This document shows positions 23,312 to 34,742 of a DNA stretch of 64,000 bases, in pieces. The position numbers and the translations under genes are program-made. This DNA is from Octopus sinensis (Eukaryota), in contig NC_043000.1 of NCBI RefSeq assembly GCF_006345805.1, forward strand, positions 82,832,001-82,896,000, in the 5' to 3' direction. The notes under the pieces were generated by a model. The model did not search any database, had not been told where the DNA came from, and saw only the letters and a program-made list of their open reading frames with translations. Every line of letters starts with the position of its first letter. Position 1 is the stretch's first letter.

Positions 23312-25112
23312 CAGTAGTTTTATTTTTATAGCGTGCTTTCACTTCACTACCGAGCGCAGCTCTGTGTGCCTTAGGTATGTGCTGTGATTTGTTGTGATGC
23401 TCTGATGGTTATTGAATGGAAAGTTTTCTGCGTAGGATGTGTGAAGTGCCTAGTAGTGCAATTTTCTGTATGTTATATGTGTTTGTAAGTCCTGGTGTTT
23501 TTGTTATGTATTTGTCTGAATATTTTTTTATCATGCCTAATGCACCAACTATGATAGGAATTGTTTTTGTTTTTAGATTCCACATTCTGGTTACCTCTAT
23601 TTCCAGGTCTTTGTATTTTGAGAGTTTCTCCATTTCTTTTAGAGACACGTTGTCATCTGCCGGTATTGATACATCAATTAGAAAGCATTTTTTTTCTTCA
23701 TGATCTTTGACAACTATATCTGGTCTGTTGGCCTTAATTTCTCTATCTGTGTGTATCAGCATATCCCAGAGTATGGTTGCTTTCTCGTTTTCTGTAACCT
23801 TTTCTGGTGTATGCCTATACCATCTTTTCTCTGTTGTTATTCCATAATGTTGGCATAGCTTCCAATGTATGTAGGTTCCAACTCTGTCATATCTGTGAAT
23901 ATATTCCTTCTTAGCCAGGACTGGGCAGCTAGAGATAATATGATTTATTGTTTCTTGTCCATCTCCACATATTCTGCAGTTACTTGTTATATTTCTTTTC
24001 ATTACATGTTTTTGGTAATTTCTGGTGGGGAGGCTTTGGTCTTGTGCTGCAATTAAAAATCCCTCTGTCTCTGCTTTGAGTCCTGAGCTTCTCAACCATT
24101 GCTGGGATTTTTCTTTGTCTATTTCTTTTGCATTTAGTTTAGTCCAGTATTTGCTATGAAGGGGCTTTTCTTGCCATCGTTTTATCACGGTTCGCTGCTG
24201 TTCTATTTTTAGTTTGGATTTCATTTGTTTTATAGCTTTTGTTGTTTCTTCATCTTCTTCTTCTTCTTGTTCATATTTATTAGGTGGTATGATTTCTTGT
24301 TTGTATTTGTCAGCTTCCTTAAATACTGAGAACAGTTTTTGTTTTGCTCGTGTTTTGCCGCTATTTGTATCAGTTTTCCTTCCTTCTGAAGTAGATATTT
24401 TTGCAGTCCTATGGTGGTTATTTTATAGTAGTTTTCCAGCTGTATAAGGCCTCTACCACCTTCTATACCTTGTATATATAGTCTTTCTATGTCAGGTTTT
24501 GGGTGATGCATCCTAGATCCTGTCATTATTTTTCTTGTTTTTCCTATCTATTTTGGTCAGTTCATTTAGTGTCCAGTTAAGGATATTGTAGCTGTAACTT
24601 ATAACTGGGACAGCTAAAGTGTTAATACCTATTATCTTGTCTTTAGCATTGAGCTCTGTTTTTAGTATTGATCTAACTCGTCTATAATATTCTTTTTTTA
24701 TTTTCTCTTTCATTTGTGTGTGTTGTGTCTTATCTAGTTCATGGATTCCTAAGTATTTGTAAGTTTGGCTTTGGTCTAATTCTTTTATTTCATTGGTTTT
24801 ATCTAGTGTGATGTTGCTACTCTTAACTAGTTTTCCTCTTTTCAAGGTTACTTTGGCGCATTTTTCTAATCCAAATTTCATATCTATTTCTTTGGTAAAT
24901 GCATGAACTGTATTTAATAGTGTTTCTAGCTGTTTGTCATTTGCAGCGCATAGTTTTATGTCATCCATATATAAAAGGTGGCTGATCGTTTTGCCGTAAC
25001 ATTTATATCCGCATCCAGTTCTATTTAGCATAGAGGTGACAGTGCCAAGCAGAAAAGGAGTGGAGAGAGCGTGTCTCCCTGGAATATTCCTCTTCTGATG
25101 GGGATGGCTTAT
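23312..25112 (-). mobile_element. 5'-truncated R4/Dong-clade non-LTR retrotransposon (RT + CCHC + restriction-like endonuclease)
   Basis: GIFQGDTLSPLLF at the truncated end, HLLYMDDIKL, YKYLG, GGRGL, LKAETEGFLIAAQDQ, CRICG..ETINHIISSC, RPDIVVKD..IDVSIP..KYKDL..GALG. Three frame pieces (24513..25118, 24230..24526, 23409..24224); (TAA)n on both sides. Confidence 0.9.
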
Positions 25113-25114
25113 TA

Positions 25115-25156
<42 letters not shown>

Positions 25157-25274
25157 TATTATTATATTATTATTATTTTAAGAACAAACTTACTTAGAAA
25201 TGGATGCGTGCGTTCCGTCATATATAAATACATACATACATACATACATACATACATACATACATACATACATA

Positions 25275-25690
25275 CATCATACATACATACATACATGGTG
25301 GCTGCCCCCTCGTTATCGAGTATGGCCATTTCACGAAGCTTAATCAATGTTGTTATCGTGCAATGCTTGTGCAAGGACATATTTTTAAAGTGAGGAAAGG
25401 CTGTGTACTGAGTCAATCCCACTCACTAAGCAACAGTAGCCATAATCCGAAAAGAAGAACAAGTCAACATCATCGGTAACCACTGAGCCGCAGGTTGTAT
25501 GTCGGAGTTATCCCAGTCACCTGAGTTGCCTTCTCCTAGAAGGATGCCCTGACAAAGGCTAGGAGTCCTTCACTCCCAATGGTTTAACTGCGCGATCGGG
25601 TATTCAATCCGATCATTTCTATGTCCTCGCGCATGATACAGCTTTAAGACATTTATTGGATGGCCGTTGACTCTCAAGAGTTCCTCCGCC
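25275..25690 (+). mobile_element. Repeat resembling an RTE 5' UTR
   Basis: 'ggtggctgccccctcgttatcgagtatg' and 'gttgccttctcctag...caaaggctag' resemble RTE leader motifs (recall only). Confidence 0.3.
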
Positions 25691-25693
25691 CTA

Positions 25694-25724
<31 letters not shown>

Positions 25725-26060
25725 CTAATGCAAATTTCTTTTATCACCCTCTCTAAGAAAGTTAAAAGGTATTCACTTCACTAAAGTAATGAGAATTGAC
25801 TAACCTGTTATCTCAGCCTCCTAGTCTGTAGATTTAGGATAGAAAATGTGAGTTAGAGGAGGAGAGGGAAGCGTAAAGGGAAAAAGAGGAAGAGGAAAGT
25901 AAATATCGCTCATTTGTTGACAATTTTGCTGGACAGGTAGTTGGTACATAATCGCTCATTCTGCTAAATGAAGCGGCCAAACTCATACAAACCGCACCTA
26001 ACCAACTTAAATTAGAGGATACATTAGAAAAAGTAGTCTCATATATATATATATATACAA

Positions 26061-26500
26061 CTAGCAGCAATACCCGTCGTTGATCGGATAATTGCTTTTA
26101 TTGTTTCTCGGGAGACACATTCAAAGTATTATTATATATATAATTTACTCCTCTTGTATATGTGTATTTTATAAGAGAAAAACATGTAATAATTGAAGTA
26201 GAAAAATCGATCGATTTGATTCTTGAATGTAATGCCAGTTATGGCAAATTAAGTTACTGAAGTATTCATGTTGCATTAAAAGTGAATATTTTTTTTAGAA
26301 ACAATAGTTTTCGTTTCACTTCGGGGAGCATAAGCAAAAAGATTTGCTTTTGCTCCCACACTAATTGCTCCTACATAAAGTTTCGAATCTGAACCAGGGT
26401 GAGAGTACCACTACAGATTTAGGTTTACTCCTCCTGTATGTGTGTATTTTATAAGAGAAAACATGTAATAATTGAAGAAGAAAAAAGATGGATTTCATAC
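26061..26500 (-). mobile_element. Helitron 3' end with internal ~60-bp direct repeat
   Basis: Minus strand ends 'ccgatcaacgacgggtattgctgCTAG|t'; repeat at ~26144 and ~26423. 5' end not found. Confidence 0.5.
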
Positions 26501-26559
26501 ACGAACTTCTGTTTGTTTATTATATGACAATAATAAATTGGTGACATTCGATACTAATC

Positions 26560-27258
26560 CTATGTAATCAGGAAAGGCCAATTCGTATCCGCAAAGACAC
26601 AAGAAAACCGTCTCATCCGTTCAAAACGGTTACTTAACAAAGTGAAAAAAACCCTCGTGAACAAGGTATGCTTTGGTTTTTCTCTGACGAAAAAAACTTT
26701 GACCAGGTTCAAAAGTCTAACAGAAGGAATGACAGGTGGTTATGTGTAGATCCTTCCGAAGTACCCAGAGTAATGCATAAGAAATTTCCAGCAACTGTGA
26801 TGGTTTTAGGAGCGGTGAGTAGCGAAGGCTCTGTAATGCCTCCCCACTTCTTTCCACGGGGTCTTAGAACTAATGCTGCAGGATACATTAAGGTACTGGA
26901 AACTGTTATCAAGCCTTCGATTGATGAAGCGCGCAATGGAAGGCCATACATGTTTCAACAAGATTCAGCATCTTCTCAAAGCCCTAGTCACTCAAGAATG
27001 GTTGTCAGACAATCTTTACGATTAGGTAACACCCAATATGTAGCCTCCAATCTCGCCAGATTTGAACCCCATGGACTACTACGCGTGGAGCACTGTTGAA
27101 AGGGAAAATAATCGTCATCCTCATAATACCATAGCCTCACTAAAGGCCGTCATTGTCCAGGTGATGTCCGAAATGAATAAGGACCGTATAGTCCCAGCAT
27201 GCGGTTTCGATCTCGCATTGAAGCAGTCATCGAAGCCGAAGGCGGTTTCATAGAATAA
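26560..27258 (+). mobile_element. maT (DD37D) Tc1/mariner transposase fragment, degenerate
   Basis: WFFSDEKNF, HKKFPATVMVLGAVSSEG, FQQDSA, PPISPDLNPMDYYAW, IEAEGGFIE*. Manual reconstruction gives ~37 residues between the 2nd and 3rd D. Confidence 0.85.
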
Positions 27259-27277
27259 GTTGCTTAAAAAATCATTA

Positions 27278-27690
27278 TCTCTTATTATAAAAGGCAGATT
27301 TTATCTGCCTCCCTTTGGGAGTTATAGAAATCTACAATATAGGATTTCTTCAATTACAATTTACCTAGCAGTTTTGAGAGTACAATGCATCGCGTCATGC
27401 CAGGTCCAGTTTTTAAAATTTAAACTCCAATTAAGCAAAATTTACAGAAAACTCACATTCTGGTATGTGTGTCAAATGCTTTTCTTAGTCTGGTTTACAC
27501 CACACGCAAACGCACACACACAGTGGGCAACGAATAAAATGAAAGTAAATGTAATATTTGTTTCTGTCTATCACGCTGATAGATACATGAGTAAAATGTA
27601 TGGGAAGCTAACAGATAACAGTGAGTGAAAATGTTCTTGGAAGAGAGTAAATTAGCGACAGTGATTTGAGGAAGACTAAACTGAAACTAT
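27278..27690 (+). mobile_element. Non-autonomous Helitron-like family B, 5' part
   Basis: A|TC start 'tctcttattataaaaggcagattttatctgcc'; second copy at 29320. Confidence 0.55.
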
Positions 27691-28054
27691 GAAACAGTGT
27701 TTATGTATAAACAGACGACACTTATATAAACTCTTTCGTTACCAAACCGCCCGAATTTACCTATTCATATTTAAATGAGAATATCAGAGTAAATCTCTTT
27801 AGTACATTCGTGAAAACACGTATTATACTTCGTAAACACTTCAAATACAGTTTTGTACAAAAATCGAAGTGTAATTTTAATTCCGTGAATTATGGGAGAT
27901 TTTTTTCCGAAATTTGTTCCTATTGTGTTTTCAAAATTTGTAATTCTGACAAAAAATGGATACGAATTTCATTATATCAAGCAGCGAGTCAGAATTCGAA
28001 GGATTTTCTACTGAAGACCTTCATAAATCTAACTCTATGACTGAAAAAAAAGCA

Positions 28055-28450
28055 TCTTTATATAAGAGTGAAGTTGTGTGTCTGTCCCCTTCGATTTACA
28101 TTCGTAATTACTCCCACATTTTGCGGTGCAGTTTAACCAAAAGCGGGTATCTTATAGTCGTGATTCATATCGAGCCCTTCTGGGTATTAGCGCGCGTCTA
28201 CGATGAGTCTACGATTTAAAAAAAATTTACCATCATATTTTTCCATTTTAATGCATTTTTTTCGCTTTTATATAAGGGAAGTAACTCTCTAAAAATATCT
28301 ACGATGTGTCAACGATTTAAAAAAAATTTACCTTAATTTTTTTTCAATTTTTAATGCATTTTTTTTGCTATTTTTTGGCTATAACTCTCTAAAAATGCTT
28401 ATATAGTTATTTCCCTTACAAACCCGAGCAACGCCGGGCGATACTGCTAG
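28055..28450 (+). mobile_element. Non-autonomous Helitron family A
   Basis: A|TC start, 3' hairpin 'cccgagcaacgccggg' and CTAG|T end. Confidence 0.85.
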
Positions 28451-28825
28451 TCAAGACTAATTGCACAAATGTTTATTCAAACACATTTTTATTTATACTG
28501 AAATATAATTGTTTTATTGTATACCAAAACTGTCCTCAAATACCCTTCGCAACCTGTTTACAAACTTAAAAGCCGCCCTGTCGGGCGGCTTTTAAGCTAG
28601 CTCCTGTGGAGAGCTCCTCATTGGGCCTGGGGCCCAACAATAAAACTTCATGCATTGAGTACATATTAAATTTTATTAAACTTGAACAATATTTTTCAAG
28701 CAATGAACAATTTTCATCAAAATAATGATATAGTTTGTTGACTTGGAACTTATTGCAAAGCTGCACGATAAACATTTTTTTGCCTTCCCATTCGGAGATC
28801 AGTACAACTTTTTTTTCTGTCTAAC

Positions 28826-28874
<49 letters not shown>

Positions 28875-29319
28875 TCTCCCTCTCTCCCTCTCTCTCCCTC
28901 CCTCTCCCCCTCTCTCTCTCTCTTTCTGTTGATTGTTTTCAACCATCACCATCACTAGTACCACCACCATCGCTACCACAACTGCTATACACACACCATT
29001 CAGACTTCTGATGCCGCCACCATCACTACCTTTGACTTCGCCGCCTTCCCCTCCACCACTATTACCACTGCCTTTCACATCGCTCACTATCACCGTCATC
29101 CCTAACGCCTCGGCTACCACCACCACCACCACCACCACCACCACCACCGCCACCACCGCCATCATCATCATCGTCGCCTCCGCATCTATCACAACTACAG
29201 CTCATACTATTACTATCACCCCAGTAGGAGGAATAGTAGAAGTGTCATTGAATAGAGAGAAAGGGGGTCAAAGTGCGCCACACTGACACACAGAAATTCG
29301 TTTTGGCATTTATTATATA

Positions 29320-29830
29320 TCTCTTATTATAAAAGGCAGATTTTATCTGCCTCCCTTTGTCTCTTATAGAAATCTACAATATAGGATTTCTTCAATTACA
29401 ATTTACCTAGCATTTTTAAGAGTAGAATGCATCGGGTCGTGCCAGGTCCGGTTTTTAAAATTTCAACCCCAATTAAGCAAAATTTAGAGAAAACTCACAT
29501 TGTGGTGTGTAAGTGAAGTGCTTTTCTTAGTGTGGGCTACAGCACACACACACGCACACACACAAAAACGGAGCGATCTGCTTCACTCACGCTATCACCC
29601 TAATTTCTCCCACTTTCTCTTTGCAAGTGTACCTTAAACCACTACTAAAGAAAAACACAGCAAACAGAAACAAATAAATACATAACGATTTACTCCTCAC
29701 ACAATTTCTTCAATTAGAGTTTACCTATGATTTTTCAAAGTACTTTCATTCGGTCATGCCATACAAAATTTCTTTCAATTTCACCCCCAATTAAGACAAA
29801 ATTCGAGAAAACTCAATATTTTAACATTTC
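29320..29830 (+). mobile_element. Non-autonomous Helitron-like family B, second copy
   Basis: Near-identical first ~250 bp to 27278; 3' end not defined. Confidence 0.55.
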
Positions 29831-29863
29831 ACTCCGAAAGCATTGATGTACATGTGTGCGTGC

Positions 29864-29900
<37 letters not shown>

Positions 29901-30604
29901 ATGGGATGTGCGACACAGAAAGTGTGGTGTGTAAGTGAAGTGCTTTTGTTAGTGTGTGTAAAGAGACAGAGAGAGTACATATACCTACGTACACCTAAAG
30001 CACGCACACACACACACACAAGCGGAGCGCGAACTTCAAAAGAAATTCGCGCGCAATCTATCTGGTTTGCCATTCCTCACACACACGCATACACATACAT
30101 ATATGACAGTGACAAACACAAACGTTTCAAACAACTACATACAGACACGTGTGTGTTTGTTATTAGTAAAAAAGGCGCCAAACACAACTCACTTCTCATT
30201 CGAACACATTTGCAAAAACACACCGACGGTCGAATTGCCATAACAATACAGAAAAGGTAAATTGGTTTTTAATTTACTTTCTGTCGTTAAATTTTGGTAG
30301 TATTAATTGGCGAGCCGAGCGTCTTTCAGTATATATTTATACATACATAAATATATACACATATTCTGTATATATTTTATTATATAATATTATATATAGA
30401 TATATGAAATATATAATTGCAGTATGAAACAGTGTTTATGTATAAACAGACGACACTTATATATAGTTATTAATAAATGTATGCATCCGTTTAAAAGAAA
30501 AACCAAAAAATATTTTATTCTTTATAAATGTTGTGTTCAAAATAACATTTGCTTTTAAGAATGTGTATATAACAAAGTATGTGTATATAACTACGTGGCT
30601 TATA

Positions 30605-31135
<531 letters not shown>

Positions 31136-31150
31136 TATATATACATACAT

Positions 31151-31274
<124 letters not shown>

Positions 31275-32066
31275 AGGAGAGAATTGATGCATAAACATCA
31301 AAAAGTAAATCCGCTATAATTAAGACCTCAGTTAATAACACGTCATTACACTTCAACGCGCTATTACATTGCCGTAAATCCAAGTGGGATACACACGCGC
31401 GCGCGCACACACACAACACGCGCGCACACACACACACACACAAGGAATAATTGACAATGAAGTTTCACAGGTTGTGGCTTCATCAGACGAAATTATGTTT
31501 GGTGAAGTTTTGAAGTAACTGTGATCCTATTCTCTTGTAAAAGTATATGTAAGTCTATAATTAATGTGCGACAGTTTTTATATATAACTACGCATTGCAA
31601 CAAGCATTAATACATACATGCATGCACACATACACACACATACATACATACATACATACATACATACATACATACATACATACATACATACATACATACA
31701 TACATACATACATACATACAAAAATGATTGCGATATCAGGGACTATAAAAATTTGCAAGACATCCTTAAGATTTAAAGGATGATGATTTCAACAAGATTC
31801 TTTCCTTTACAACCTTGCTACCAAGCAGGTGGCTGGTTAAAATTTATTCTAAAATTAAAAAGAGAAAGAGAAGAACATACATACATAGCCTGTTGATGTT
31901 GTTGAAATTCCAATGGAGGAGCCTTGGATCTAGGTTAGAAACCGGCTCTTTCTCTATTGGCAAGGAATTTTGATATAAGACTGACATATATACATACATA
32001 CATACATGCATACATGCATACATACATGCATACATACATACATACATACATACATACATACATACA

Positions 32067-32097
<31 letters not shown>

Positions 32098-32309
32098 GCT
32101 CATTAACAATATCAATACGTCCGAAGGAAATCATCTCAGGGAAGTGTGCTTGAACTTGTTGGAATTATCTGCCTTGCTTTTCCTGGAGGATGTTTCTGTC
32201 TCGTAACCGATTTCTCTAACAAACGCTTAAACTCTCAGTTTAGTCCCTGCCGTATGTGTAGTCAACGCGCGGAATAATTTAGCAGTGCCACCTCTAGCCG
32301 AACAATTAT

Positions 32310-32354
32310 TCTGTGCTGATGAAAGGAAATAACCCCGAAATCGCGATACACGGG
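32310..32354 (+). ncRNA. Minimal type-I hammerhead ribozyme motif
   Basis: tctgtg-CTGATGA-aaggaaataacccc-GAA-ATCGCGAT-A-cacggg: intact core, 6-bp stem I with G.U, palindromic stem III, weak stem II. Confidence 0.62.
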
Positions 32355-33274
32355 TATTGTTTTGAGCTGAGTGAGGATGCTAAATACCTTGTTCGAAAAT
32401 ATAAGGACACAGATCATGACGTATAGCCAGCTGGAGATGAGGTGTCCAGGGGCTAAATTACAGCAACATTCGTCCTAAACCAGGACTGCCAGTTTATGTT
32501 GGCAAATAATCTTTACTGCAGAATATTCCTCTCAGTATTTTCCCTTAACCATATTGTTGATATTTATAATCAGCTTTATTACATTATATAGTTGTAGTAG
32601 GCATCCGTTGGTCTCGAGAAACCATGGATCTGCGCCCGAAGAAATCGTATCAGCCGCTGATAGTAGTGTAACATCTGCTGTGGCTGTAGAGGCCCACACG
32701 AGAGTGCAGTCACGCATATAGCGACTGCATTTGAAGGAGCCCTCTGCCGGCGCTACTGGTTTTCCTTCCGCCTCTTGGGATCCTCCTGTAGTGATCCCGG
32801 TCAAGCAGGAATGCAAAACGAAAAAGGGACCTAACGAGAGTAATCTCCCTCGACCTTCTCGAAAATTCTCGAACATTCCAGAAGCTTCCAAATAACTTCC
32901 AGATGACGTGGAAATCAGGGACTTCCGGATCATCCCTTATATAAAGGAACATATTTTAATTTCGCGCCACTCTTGCCTGTCGGATCCTAGACATGCATTG
33001 AGTCAGGCCACTCGCATACACAACCGCACGCGCGGATGTTCACCTTATTTGCTTTGAGACATGTGGTTGCAGAATATGTTCATGTGATGTTACAAGCTTT
33101 TCCTTCAATTAACCTTATATGTTAACGCATTATATCCAGTAATAAATATATTATGACTTATTACGAACATCTTACGAATTCTTATTTTCTTGTCCTTTAC
33201 GTACAAGATGGTGACCCCTCTTTCTCGCATGCAATTATAAAATTATAGGATGTCACTTACTGACAATCACTATA

Positions 33275-33520
33275 CTCATGTCCGGCATGCGGTGTACATG
33301 ATCGAGCCAGCGCGGACGACTTTGCTGAAGCAGGGTAAGTATATCATGGATATCATGGCGCGGCTGAGGACTTGGGTGTTGGTGATGTGGTCAGTCCACT
33401 TGATATCCAAGATGCGTCTTAAATTACGAGGGCGTTAGACGATGAGACGTCGCTTTTGTCTGGAGTAAAGGCTCCACGTTTCACGGCCGTAACGTAGCAT
33501 ACTAAAGATGTACACAATAT
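33275..33520 (-). pseudogene. RTE-clade LINE RT C-terminal fragment
   Basis: VFSMLRYGRETWSLYSRQKRRL..LRRILDIKWTDHITNTQVLSRA..RWLDHVHRMPD, the typical RTE/BovB tail. Confidence 0.85.
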
Positions 33521-33529
33521 AGACAGCAA

Positions 33530-33797
33530 TATATATATATGGTCACAATGCGCTTCGCATTGTTTTAGCCTTCAAATGACGCCACCCCGCTGGCTAAGCG
33601 AGCAGACCAACAGAAGAAAGAGTGAGAGAAAGTTGAGGCGAAAGGGTACAGCAGGAATCGCCGTCACCCTCTGCCGGAGCGTCGTGGAGCTTTTAGGTAT
33701 TTTCGCTCAATAAACACTCACAGCGCTCGGGCTGGGAATCGAAACCGCGATCCTACGACCGCGAGTCCGCTGCCCTAACCACTGGGCCATGGCGCCT
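33530..33797 (-). mobile_element. tRNA-derived SINE
   Basis: Reverse complement 'ggcgccatggcccagtggttagggcagcggactc...gtttcgattccc' with A and B boxes. Confidence 0.85.
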
Positions 33798-33853
<56 letters not shown>

Positions 33854-34119
33854 TATTTGTTTCAGCGATGGGGCTGTGATCATGCTAAGACACCGCCTTG
33901 ATGGATTTAGTCGAATAAATGAATCCTTGTATTTATTTCTAGGTCTGCTACTTATTCTATCTATCTCTTTTCCCGAAGAGCAAGATAAAAGGGAAGTAAG
34001 CAAACTAGCACCGGTCGTCAAGCTGTGGTGTGAACATAGAACAAGTACAGATACGTACATAGATACAAATACACACACACACATACACACACACACAGCA
34101 TATATATGTGCATGTATAT

Positions 34120-34155
<36 letters not shown>

Positions 34156-34334
34156 CAGTTTTGCTAAGTAAGCACATGGTGTGAAAGTATATTTATTGCT
34201 TTTGATATTAGATTTAATCTTTTTGCTTTGATAATATACATGTAAAAGGTTCGAAGTCCAGCATTTAAGCTTTTAGTAATTTTGTGTGACAAATTTTTTC
34301 ACTAAAGAATGTAGGTAGGTGTATGTATATATAC

Positions 34335-34394
<60 letters not shown>

Positions 34395-34427
34395 ATGTAT
34401 GTATATATATATACATGTATGTATGTG

Positions 34428-34730
34428 AGAGCTTACGATCGTGAGGTTGTGAGCTCGAATCCCGAACCGGGCTGCGTGTTGTGTTCTTGAGCAAAGCACT
34501 TTATTTCACGTTGCTCCAGTTCACTCATCTGTAGAAATGAGTTGCGACGTCACTGGTGCCAAGCTGTATCAGCCTTTGTCTTTCCCTTGGATAACACTGG
34601 TGGCGTGGAGAGGGTAGGCTGGTATGCATGGGTGACTGCTGGTCTTCCATAAACAACCTTGCCCGGACTTGTGTCTAGGAGGGTAACTTTCTAGGTGCAA
34701 TCCCATGGTCATTCATGACTGAAGGGGGTC
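34428..34730 (+). mobile_element. tRNA/CORE SINE, 5'-clipped
   Basis: Collinear with the copy at 62793-63125. Confidence 0.8.
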
Positions 34731-34742
34731 TTTATATATATA

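Noticed and set aside
28821-29286. Thr/Pro-rich and Val/Gly-rich ORFs
   Set aside because: Degenerate (ACC/CAT)n low complexity with no domain features.
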